NCBI GenBank assembly: GCA_047495785.1
Contig: JBLDXI010000055.1
Location: 248,001 to 312,000, forward strand
DNA from: Lepidodermella squamata
Taxonomy: Eukaryota > Animalia > Gastrotricha
Direction: 5' to 3'
Length of the DNA: 64,000 nucleotides
In this document: positions 36,470 to 48,523 of the stretch, in pieces
Layout of the letters: each line of letters opens with the position of its first letter
How positions within the stretch are numbered: position 1 is the first letter of the stretch
Position numbers and translations under genes: made by a program
The notes under the pieces: generated by a model
Database searches by the model: none
What the model saw: the letters and a program-made list of their open reading frames with translations, nothing else
What the model was told of the DNA's origin: nothing

Positions 36470-39400
36470 ATGCGGCCGTTAGTGATCGGATCGCTAATGG
36501 TCCTCGCCTTGGTGGCGAGCAGCTCAGCTGACCGCGTGGTCCAGTGCACACCTTGCAACCCAAGCGATTATTCCGCTAACGGTAACATACTGCTCAGTTT
36601 AAACATGAAAAGTTGATGAATTTTGCGATTTTCTCAAGTGAATATTCCGATTCCAATGAAGGGTGGATTTGAAATGGGTCTCGAAAGTGCGCAGTTGGTT
36701 GATGGAGTGAAAGAAGCCAGGTTCATCAGCTACTTCGGTGATACGAACAACATGCAAGGCACGTTTTACGTGTCGAGGGCGCATAAACTGACTACGGTCA
36801 AGTATGACATGAAAGCCATGACGTCGTACTTGATTGAGGATGACAGAAGTAAGATCACATTGCGCGTTAGAACTTCACCCAAAGTTTTGCTTTCACAGCT
36901 GCCGGATCATCGAGTTGCGATTTCTCAAATGTTGTCGCTGGAACATTCTCATACAATCACGGCAATAAACACATCGTCTTGCCTGATCGGTTTCTCGACA
37001 CAACCAAGCTGAAATTCCGCAGCTCTTCCCCAACGCGTAAAACAAAAGAACTTGAAATTATCGAATTGTTCTAAATTATTTTGAATATTCAGAGAACGTC
37101 TACCGCGGAATTGACGCCAAAATTTATGACGCTTGTGTCCAGGATTCCGTGACTCGATACACTTATGGCGTTACATACTACTACGCCGATGAGCAAGATT
37201 GGAAAATGGAAAGCGGTCTGAGCGGTCCGTCACCGATTGGCATGAAAATTTGCGCTCAGGCGCCCAATAACAACATCATCACCGCCGAGGTCACCGTTGT
37301 CAATTTCCACAACCACTTGAACGCACCCATTGGATCTTCAGCCTATCACGCTTTGTTCACGGTGAGAATTACTTTATTTAATTCGATTCTTGATGTTTCA
37401 CATTTTCATTCATTTCAGCCACCAAGCAGTAAGTTCTGCCCAACTGATGGCTCCGCTGCAAAGAAGCCGACGTTGACGCAGCGATATTCGTTCCGGGGTG
37501 AGTACTCCCATGACTACAACAAAACAGCCTCGCCAATTCTGGTCTCTTACGACTCGAAATACAACATGATCCGTTACGATTTCTTGCCTGCTATCAACGA
37601 ATTCGATGGCTCTCATGGCTTCCAGACCAGCTGGGTTCAGGACGGCATAACAAAAGTTAACTACAACATTGACCTTGTGACCGGCAAATGCGATGCCTAC
37701 AAATTTGACGATCCCAAGTCGCCCGTCGACTTCACAAAGGGTGCGTTGGCTCTAGTTGGCCCTTCTAGCCTTTCCGATACAGCTTTGGGGAAGCTCAGCT
37801 TTGTCGGAGTTGTAAGTTGGCTTCAAATTCTTCATACAATCATAAATAATTTTTTATAGAGCGGATGTCGCCGGTTGTCTTGCGATGTCTTCACGATGAA
37901 AGACGATAAAAAACAACTCCGCTATGAGTATTCATTCCTTTCTGACACTTGGGCCGAGCAAAACGCCGGTTCAGTCAATATTTCTAAGCACCAAGTCCTC
38001 GCTAGCGTTGCTCAAATCCCATTGGAGGGTACCGCCACCGCCTCAACTATTCAAACTGAAGGAGTAGAGGTTTTCGACTTTGCCAACGACAAATACAAGC
38101 TATGGCAGTTTGAGGTCGCTAACGCCTGCTACCTGAAAACGGGCATAGTGCCAGTTAAACTTGCACATCGCTACATCCGCCTCTACTTCGAAGGCGATCA
38201 TCGCACTCTTGAATCTGAACGCAACGCTTATCTCCGCTCAGCGCTGCTCGAAGCTGTGGCTGACGCGGCTGTCATCAGCCCCATGCGTGTGTCAGGCATC
38301 ACTTTCGATGTTTTCCGTGATCAGCTCAACGCTGAATTCATCATCTGGGAACCGCATCCAGTTACCCTTAGCACAAAGCCAGCCCCAACTTCCCTCAACA
38401 ACGCCGTCACCAACCTGAAAAACAAGGTCACCAAGGGCTTGTTCAAAGTCCAAGTCGTAAGTTATATTTTCGAATTTGAGACTTGTAACAGAAATGATCT
38501 TGTTCAAAAGGGCCACGAATCTGACCCTGCCTACGAGCTCACCGCTGTTTCGACAGTTTTCGATAACTGCGACTCTCAGTGTTCGAAGCTCATTAAAGGT
38601 TAGTTGAAATTTCGTGAAATGATTTTATGGATTTTTCAACTAAATTCAAATAACAGCCGAAGATACGAAACTGAAGTACACCGATGGTTTCTCTATGGGA
38701 ATGCAGATCGCCGTCGATATTCCGACGCTGCCTTCTCTTGTAACTGATTTGCTGCCATTCTTGCCGTCGAATTTCAACACCACCTACTTCATCGAAGCCT
38801 ATCACGGCATGGCTGATGGCGCGAAAGGCGGCCATGGCTCCCTCTATGTCTATGACAAGCACCGCAACTACATCATCCACTACAACGAGCACGCGATGGA
38901 GAGCATCCTGATCAAGGTTGAAGAAGGATCGTGCGATGTCACCAACATGACCGTTGACTACCAGCTGTTCCCATTCGGGTACATGCACAAAGGAGAAAAG
39001 GACAACATTCCTATTCCACTGCCTGAAATCATCACCGACATGACCCGATTCGTCCAGGGTGATTTGAAGGAGCGTGGATGTAAGTAAAAGGGTCCATTTA
39101 TTTATGCTATTTTGATATATCTTTTGCAGCAACCTGGGCTCATGGCTTCTTGACTAACGTTTTTGAGGCAACCATTGACGTTGGAGAACTGAATGGCATG
39201 ACCCTACCTTTTGGCATCAGAGTACCCCTTCTGATTCGTTGGAATTGGCTCGGTAAAACTTAACTCTGCACTTTATGGACTTCACGATATTTTTTCTTCA
39301 GATCGAAACTTCCAGAACGAAGACGGCAACTTTAAGAAAGTTGGGCCTATCCCTATTGCCATGAATCTTGAAGTGTCCATTCCCAGCATTCTTGGTTCCC

Positions 39401-41852
39401 CGGCTGGCGTCGCTACGGCATACATCTCGTTCGTCAACTACCACAACCACTACCCTGATACTGGCGCTACTTTCCACCATGCCGTTGATCCCGACCGTCA
39501 GCTCCTTGAAGTCCCGGCTGGAATCTATTGCACCCCGCGTATCCACGAGGATCCTGGAAAGATTCCGAAGTTGCCGAATTTGCCAACTCGCTACCGAATG
39601 AACACCGAAACAGTTGTCCGCAAGCCTTATCACTACGTCATCAATTCCCAGGTAACAACAGCTTAAATTATTCGGATAAATAGCTTCGAATTATTTTGTC
39701 TATTAGGATTTTATTGACAACAATCGAAGCTTGTACCGATTCGATGTTTCTGAGCATCATCCGACGAAACCAGGCAACATTGCCATTGTTCAGTACATCA
39801 TCGATCCTTTCAATGGTTAGTATAGCTTGAAGCTAGTAATTTTTGCAATTTTCAAAATTTGTCTTGGTAGATCGCTGGTACAAGATCGACAACGGCAAGC
39901 CTGGCACTGATAAATGTACATTTGGCAGAGTTTCTGAGGCCATCGTCCCTGGCGAAGTCCCGCCCCTTGAACATGCTCTTCTAGCGCCGTATGAAATTCT
40001 TAACTTCAATGGCCTTAACGAGGAGTACCAAGGAACTGTAAGTTCGGAAACATAAAGGTCCCATTTACAAATGATTATTTTTCCAGAAACCTTGCCGTGA
40101 TATGATTTGTCATTACTGGATCGGCAAGCGACCTTTTGATATGATGCCGGGCTACACTGGGACTTTCGAAATCTGGTCGTCAACTATCAGATGGGAGTCT
40201 GCTATTGACAAGCTTGACGACAGAGCTACGACCTTTGTCAAAGTTACTGCAACTTTCCGCAATGTGAGTTTCTCGCTTGAATGTCAGTGGATAATATTGA
40301 GAAATTGAAATATACAGGACAAAACTGGCGAAGTATGGCTGCGCGAGGAGATGGAAATTTACAACATGGAGCTGATGACTCCGAAGGACCTGGCTGAATT
40401 CACCCTGCCTGAGGCCAAGTTCTGCTTTGAGGATGACAAGATCCCCCAGAAGCCGGGAGTCGACAGCTCATACACGTATCGTGGGGAGTACGTTGCTTTC
40501 GACAAGCTGTTGGTGCAAACGTTCCGCGTGCTCAACGACGGTGACAACAACCTTTTCCGCTACGACGCCGCCCCCAGCCGTGCAACTGGAGAAGAGCCAG
40601 CGTTCCGTTCGACCGTCCTCATCGACCTCGACGCCAATCTGGTTTTCGACGCCAACCGCATCACCGGTGAATGCACGACCTTCGAAAACAACCTGAAGGA
40701 TCAAAGGGAGATTTGGGACCTGATCTACCCAGAAACATTGGCTCAAGCTGTCGGTGACTACGTCGGGCCACGTGCTTGCCGTTCCAAGTATTGCAACACT
40801 TTCTTGAAGGAAACAGACCGTAACGCTCAAGGCTGGTGGGATATTGAAACCTACTTCACCGGCGACAACTGGATAGAGCATAACTCAGATTACCCGCAAT
40901 ACAAACAAGGCAATGCTTTGACCCGTATTGCAACAAACGCCTTCGAAAAGGACGACTCAGTCATCTTGTCCACGGTAATTTCGCAATCTCGAAAGTAACA
41001 ATTTCTTCTAAATTACTTATATTTTAGCACAAATCGGTCGACGTATTCGGATACACCACCGACATTGCTCGCGAATATGAATTCCACTTTGTTGCCCAGT
41101 GTTTCAAGGATGTCAAGAAGCAGTACTATCGTATGTCGATCAAGGACGAGGACGGAGGTTCAGCGCAACTTCCCGAGGACAGTGAATACTTCAGAACTGG
41201 CTTGATCAAGGCCCTCGCCCAGACGATGAAGATCAAGCCTTACCGCCTCATCAACGCTGTCGTTCGTTTTTTTTCAGCATTTTCTTGTTTCTAATCTTTT
41301 ATTTTGAAAATTTCAGTTCAAGAAGTACAGCGACGAAATTCGTCTGACTGTCGGTGTTGCCGAGCGCCATCCCGATGACAAAGTTGGAGCGATGCTTGAC
41401 TCCGCTATTGCTGACTTGAACACCCTGTTGCGTCAGCCGATTGGCCTGCCAATCCCTGACCTGACTACCACCGACCCGATGCCGACGATCGTTCAACTCT
41501 GGAGCATTACTCCAATCGATTGCGATGGTGACAGCTGCGATATCGACGCTGATAGGCCGATTGTTTACGGTAGGTTTTAGTCTAGTTGTTTCATCCACGC
41601 CTCGGAATAAGAGTATCTGTTAAGGCTTGTATATTAATTGGCTTATAATTACTCCTAGAATTTGACGCTGCAACTGGTTTTGGAGTTTTCTTCGCTTGTT
41701 TCCTTGGCGGCGGTATCCTAACCCTTGTCGGTCTAGGATTCTGGTACAGCCGACGCCTGCGCGTTTCTTTCAAAGACGTTTATCTCATCAAATCGCCATC
41801 AGCTCCGTCAAACGTTGCTCCAGTCAGCTTGTCCGGCCTCAGCTATCCTTGA
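36470..41852 (+). CDS. Uncharacterised large type I membrane protein, paralogue 1: signal peptide, 2 ependymin/LolA-like repeats, SEA-like, 3 repeats, SEA-like, TM
   Basis: Signal peptide MRPLVIGSLMVLALVASSSA; about 17 short introns link ORFs 36623-41580. Repeated P-x3-FC/YC..P.LP..Y..R.E..YD...R.D and CRxxxCxxF/W motifs; TM FGVFFACFLGGGILTLVGLGFWY; stop at 41850-41852. Confidence 0.8.
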
Positions 41853-42387
41853 AGAATCGATATCTAACATGACTCATGATATGATAAGCACTAATATATT
41901 GGCCGAAAATGCCTTAATTGTTACAAATTGTGCAACGAGAAGGGAAAAATTATGATTTCAGGTGCGCTTTACTTCCAACTTCGATTACACAGACATGTTA
42001 AAATTGAATGCTATACTCATGTCTGTTTGTTGACAATAAAAACGCGAGAGAATTGAGCGGCATCAGGTGTTGCATTTGCCCATCTCAAATATCGCGATTA
42101 CGATATTTTGCTGCCCAGCCTCGCACGTGTAGCAGCCATCACGCATATGACGAAACTCGAAAGACTAAGCACACAGAAACAGGTCGCCCGGGCGATTGGC
42201 GCCACAGCTCCCGAGCAGCTGTCAAGTGGCCTCTTATAAAAGGCGCGTGCGAGTTTTCTTTCAACTCAACCTAGTATAGTTGCTCACTTTAGTGATTTGT
42301 GCCGTTTTCAGTATCGAGTTGGCGATTTAAACAGAAACCCAGCCTCGACTTTTACACTTGTTATTGTTTCATTGTTATAAAAAATTC

Positions 42388-43483
42388 ATGGAAACTGTCG
42401 GCTGGAACCCGCTGCTCGATGACCGTTCACACGCATCTACCTTAATGTTCCCTGGTTTTTCGCAGCCTATGGCTAATTCAAGAATCGTGGGCCACAATCA
42501 CTCGCGCCCGCCGCCGCAATCGGCGAATTACCCGAACCGAAATTCAGTTAAATTTTCGTTCAGCCTGTCTGAATTCGGTGATGAAGTTGACAGCTTGTTG
42601 CCTCTGCCCTCGCCAGCAATCAGCATCTCGCCCGGTGTTTTCTTCGATGATCCGTTCAGTTTCCCGCCCCACAACAGCCACAACGTCGATCAATACCAAC
42701 AACGCTCGCCATCTCTTGGTATCGGATCGTCGTTAGCTAACGAGATCATCGACGAAAACAATCATCGCCCGTCGTCGGTTGCGCATTTTTCGTTCCCGAG
42801 GTCCGGGTCGGAGTTGCCGTACGATGCGGCCAGGGCGAAATCAGCAGTACCGGCCTATCAACGACCTGGCTCGTCTGCTGACTGGCACGACGATGACTCG
42901 AATGAATCGCCGATCGACGAAGAAACAGGGTCGGAACACTGGACCGACTGGAACATCAGAACCGCTCCAGGGTGCCCTCGTAAGCTTATTTTCACCCACT
43001 TGAATTTCGAGTAAATTTTTTCTGAATTTAGCTCTTGATCAGCTATTCGAGAACAAGCGTCGCTGGCGTGAAAAGTTCAACCAATCTGTGCCTCCGCCTC
43101 TTCAGCGCCACTGCGTTTTTTGCAAGTCGATAAGCAAACCGCCGAGCGTCTACTTGTCGCATGCGATCCGCGACGCGAGGGGTGACATTACGTGCCCGGT
43201 GCTGAACGCGTACAGCTGTCCGAAATGCGGCAAGCGCGGTCATACAGTTCGCTACTGCGCGTTGAATCAATCATCGCAATCTACATCTTCATCGTCGAAT
43301 TCTTCGCACTCGCCCGTACCTGGCCAGCTGCCGATGATGGTCAACGCTGTCCTCGGCAACGCGACAATGAACAACCACAACCATCACTCGCTGTCTTCTC
43401 GGCTCGGAAGCGTTGGGTCTTTTTCGGACGCCATGGTGATGATGGGCGGCCGATCGACGAAGAGCTCGTTGGGTTTCTATTGA
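42388..43483 (+). CDS. nanos: Nanos (tandem CCHC zinc fingers); exons 42388-42979, 43032-43483
   Basis: CVFC-x12-H-x10-C-x7-CPKC-x4-H-TVRY-C, low-complexity N-terminus, TATAAAA at about 42235, T-rich 3' UTR with AATAAA at about 43892. Confidence 0.88.
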
Positions 43484-44694
43484 AAATGTGCGCACAAATC
43501 TCTTAGATGACTTTATTATATTCTCAAAATTATATTTCTGTTCTTGTTGCGTTTTCGTACTGCCGCAAAATGGCATATTTCTCACTAAAAACACATTAAA
43601 ATGATCAAAAATTACCTACCTCTTTCCGTACCTTTCGCTTTCATGGCAAATACAAATCGATATACATTTATTATTTGTGTTACGCGACGCACTTTTCTAC
43701 GCACTTCTTCTTTTTATGGTAACGCTGTCCTGCACCTAATCTTTTCTACTATTGTTGCTGATTCTCTAAATGCCAAATGCCACTGAATTGCTAATGCCTG
43801 ATATTATGTTATTATTGTGGCCTCGTGTTTTTTTTACTATATTATCCTATGACTGACATCGTGACTTGGAATTTTAAAAGAAATGAATCTGAATAAAGAC
43901 AGCAGGAAAAAATCGGTATTTTTTACTGGTCGATTGAATTTCCTATAATTCTAGTTTCCACCCCAGCCTAATGGTACAACAGAATCTAAGATGTAAACCA
44001 TGCGAAGGTTCAAAAAATTATTGTTCATGCTTACCAACTGCAGTAAACAAATAAATAGTTCGCGAATCAAAGCGCGTGCCTAAGAGTAAGGGATAAACCA
44101 CCCATGAGACAAACTTGTGAATTGTTTTAGTTCACATGTTGAAGAGCTTGAAGCGTCGAAAAAATAAATGTATAGTGATCAGTCACGCTCTAGCCCAATA
44201 TGTCGCCACCGGAAAGTAACGGCAAACGTGACATAACAGCTAAGCCACTAACGTCAACCGACGTAGCCGCAAAACGACAGAACAGCTCTTAAATACAATA
44301 CCTAACTTGCTGAACCAAAAAATCCTCCATTTTTCGCTGCTTATAGGGTTTCCTGTTTTGCTGGTGTGTGTAATGGCTGTCAGTCAAAATAACACGTGGG
44401 CAATGGGCAACCGATGCTTTTTCTGGTCAATGAGTTCGATAATGAGACATTCTTGTACTCTTGAAATACTTCGCTGATACTTCGCTGGTTCAAAAAATTT
44501 GAATTGAAATTGAAATTCGATTTTAAGCTCATTTCAAGTCATTTTAAGCTGGCGTCATCGAGTTTTTACTTTATTCACAAAATGTTTTCTTACAATAAGT
44601 GAAAAGTGATTGAGTTTAGATCTATTGTAAGATAAAAACTCCGACACTAATGAGACCAAACGTGATTTATAGTAATAACAGAAAACAAAGGATT

Positions 44695-46880
44695 TCAAGT
44701 TGACGCGCAAACATCGAGTTCGAGGTGAAGCAGGTGATCGATCAATTCGTCGGCTAAATCTTCCAATCTATCCAGTTCGATTGCCATAGTTGCATCGATA
44801 ACTTGATCAAAGATTCTAACAAAATATTTAAACTTAAATAAATTTTTACAGGAATAATCCATCCACATACCTATTTTGGACGATATCAACGATCCTGTCG
44901 AAGTAACTCAATTCAATGGTAGAACCAGCATCGTCGTCATGTTTTTCCGGAACACTTTTAAAGCTGACAGGGCTGGGCGCAGCTTCGGCCATCAGATGCG
45001 CCATCAAGCCTTCGCTTTCTTTCAATTTGGAAGGCCGGCTGTCCACTTCCCTGTGTATTTCTTTCACTGGCTCGTAGAAAGAAGGAGGTTTATATTCCGC
45101 GTACGATTTCGTAGATAACCATCTATTTCTAATGGCTGATGCCTCCATGTCCAGTTGATAAATTCGAGACCGTATCAAGGCCAAATCAGGCGAGGTTATT
45201 ATATCTGCGGCGTGGTAGCCCGAGCGGTGATGTTGAGTTGGAGCAGCTGAATACCGATTTGAATCAAGAGACATTCGCGACTGATATAGATTGCAAGGTG
45301 ACGATGATTCAGAAAATCGAGGAGAACCATTTGTGTCAATAGCGAGCCGATGATAAGGCGACTCTGCCGGAGAATAGCGCGTTTGCCTTTCAGGTGTATT
45401 TCGACCTGCCATCGAGCTTTCGGGATGTTTGTCTGCTTGAGGCTTGGATGATTTGGTTAATTCAGCTGGTAACTTTTTGGGAATGCGAATGTCCCTGACA
45501 GCGACAAATCGCGCTTCGTCTTCTTTGAGAGTCTGATTAACGCTCGATGCGTCGCCATTGTTCGAGTTTTCACCTTGAAATCTAACGACGCGAGTGGCCA
45601 CGGAATCTTCCCGGATACCATTCGACAATTTTCTACTCTTCTGGCCATTAGAGTGGAGGCTACTTTGATTGCTTCTGTTGCTAGCTTTAGACCGATCTGA
45701 TTCTCTTGATTTAGATCTGGGCACAGGAGACACAGCCTTAACAAGTGGGCCAGGTTTCAATTTTCGAATCGACTCAGCAAAATCGTGGTCAGCCGCGGAA
45801 CCTATATTTAGACAGATTTTTTAATTAAATAATATATTGCAGTCAGATCAATTTAACTGTATGTGTCGTAACATGATGAGAGTTTCTCTAGCAACGAACA
45901 AAGTTGAGAATACAACGCAGCACTAGGCATAATCGAAGCAGTAGGCAATGGTGAAATCGACCTTCGACCGTTGCTAGCTTTCTCTTCAGTTTCATGGGCA
46001 AGTTGATCTTGATGATGAACAAAGGAACTTAAACAACGAATAGCCGATTTGTGAATAGTGTTAAGCTGCTGGATTGACAAGTGTCGTTGAACGTTGCTGT
46101 TCAGTCCACGATGAATTGTTGGCTCAGATGGATTAGAGTACTGCTCAAGTTGATGTTGCAAAGAATAGAGGGTTCTAGAGACTTGGGCGTTCAGACATCT
46201 CTCATTTTGATTCGAAGAGATGTCAGGCTTTTGGCGAGAATCAGCTGATGGGACAAACAAATAAAATTAAATAATTAATAAGGCAACGGGCGACGCCCTG
46301 TCATACCTTTCAAAGCAATCAGTCTGTCAGTATATAATTTAATTGCCCTCCGCATTTGCTTTACCTCCTCCTTGTGATTATTTAGCTCGACGGTGTAGTT
46401 ATGCGGTAGATGGGATTTGTGTTCACAATCGTGCCGATGAGTTCCAACAGGAGCCACACGACTTATATGACGAGAAGACTGTTTATCATCAAAACCTCTA
46501 TCTTGCGTTTTCGAAGGAGGCCTCTCATCATTCAACTTTTGCTGCCGTCTGTGAGCACTCCGGGATGCATTGTTTTTCCGCTCACTCGCCTTTTTATCGT
46601 CGCATGGTGCAACCGGGGGTTGTTGGCCAAATAAGAATGGCGAACTGGAATAAGAAACTCCGTGCTTAGCCATTTCTCTCTCAAGAATCTGATGTTTTAG
46701 CCATCTTTGGGCGAGCTGCATAACAAAAATATGTTGTACAGAAAGAAACTAATCAAGTCGATTTACCTTTTGCGCGATTGAAAGATCATTTTGAGGCAAG
46801 TTAGCGCTATAATATAAGTTTTCGTGGCTATTTTGGGGCCTTGTAAGTTTTTCAAAACAAAAAGGCCCTTTTTGGGTCAT
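44695..46880 (-). CDS. Moonraker / KIAA0753-like centriolar protein (5 exons; 5' end uncertain)
   Basis: Collinear motifs recalled from moonraker: FEKL..LSIAQKLAQRWLK, SRTLYSLQHQL, IHKSAIRCLSSFV, AIRNRWLSTKSYAE and an acidic C-terminal helix (ELDRLEDLADELIDHL). All four introns splice in phase. Confidence 0.7.
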
Positions 46881-46942
46881 TCTTAGGCGGTAGGCGGTAT
46901 TCTGTCGAATTAGATGTCAAACAAGTGCATAGCAAGGAAAGC

Positions 46943-46956
46943 GTTTCCAAGGTAAA
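46943..46956 (-). promoter_or_regulatory. Candidate RFX X-box
   Basis: GTTTCCAAGGTAAA is an imperfect match to GTYNCC-NN-RGYAAC, about 65 nt upstream of the moonraker-like ATG. Confidence 0.35.
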
Positions 46957-48523
46957 AGAATGATGAGATTTCAAATTTCGCGCCAAAATGCTTTTTGGAG
47001 TATTTTATGTGTACAATAGTCACATGTCATAAAAAAATGTTCGTGATATTTTATATATTTTGTGTAGAGGTTAATTATATGCCGGTATTTGATTTTGCCG
47101 GGCTTTGATTTTCGAACTTCGAATTTTTTTCGAAATATCGACGTCACCTGTTTCGCCTTTGAAGTGTTAAGAGTTTGATTAGCCGCATCTGGGCTTTGGC
47201 ATGAAGCCATTGCTTTCCAGTCACTTGGGGGAACTAATTTCAAGCAACGCATGAACTGATCCGAGTCTTTCTGTTCACGGTTAGCTACCACTGACCACTG
47301 ATCACTGATGGCTTGCTTCAGTTTAGCTTAGAATTAGAATAAAATCGTGGTTTTTTCGCGATTCCCTTGGGGAAATTGCCAAGCAAGGAATCATTTGTGG
47401 AGCACCTTTTTACTTGTTAGTCTTTAGTCTTTGATATCTTGACGTGGTTAACGGATAGCGAAGCTTCATATAACCCACGAGGACAGAAGCCACTATCCTC
47501 CCTTGAAATTGAAATTATGATGAAATTTAGAATTAGATGATGAATCGGTTTAGAATTATTCAGGTCACGCCTTTTATTTCTTATTTCGAGGTTAATCTCT
47601 GCGGGCAAACCTGTTAATCAGTTCTATTGGTCTTAGATTGGCTACCGAGTATCCGTTAACTCGATTTCGTGGCCTATATCTCGATGAATATAGTTTACAA
47701 AAAATTAAGATGAACATTTTTCAAAGATTTTTTCTTACCAGGGTTTTGTGAAGTCTTCTTAACGCTTTGTTCGCTCTAGCTAATTAGTAGGACATAGTGA
47801 ATGCATTTATACCAACTTAGATATAGTTGGATTTCGAAAATATTTGAAACATCTCATTATGGCTAATACTTAACTGAATTACAAGTGGCTTACGACTTCA
47901 ACTTATTGACAAGATTCGATCTCAATGTTTTATGTTTTCTTAAATTTTAATGGAATTTCGAAAATAGTCGGTGACTTGCCAAAAAGCTGGGGAGTATCTT
48001 TTTAGACCAATTGAGCCTTCCGCGCTCGCGCAGCATTCGGCCGATATCCGAGATCGTAGCTTGTCGTTTATTTGTTCTTCGTTTTAATAGTGGTGAAATT
48101 TCACTGCTTTACTTCAGATTGATTAGCTGCCTGAGTGCTTGCAGGTTATTTGAATGTAGTTTCAATCTGCTCGCTTAAAATTCATTCAGTTATTACGTAT
48201 TTTTACTTCCATTTGCTTTTGATATGTTTACCGTTGAAAGCCTCCCAATGCCAGTAGTCTGTAAATATTTGGGACATTGTGGAAAGTGGTAGCTTTGCTT
48301 GCCAATAATTGGCACAAGACATATTTTGAAATACCCAATACCTTGTACCGGGCAATCAACTGATGAATACATGCCAAAAAAATAAATATGATATAATTGT
48401 CTTCTATTTTCTAATTTATATAGAATATTCTTTCCATTTTGTTATATTTGTATTATAGGATGTTATCGGCTTCGCTAAAATAGACGGCTTACAAAGTTTT
48501 GCGGAGATCCACCATTCGGCTTG

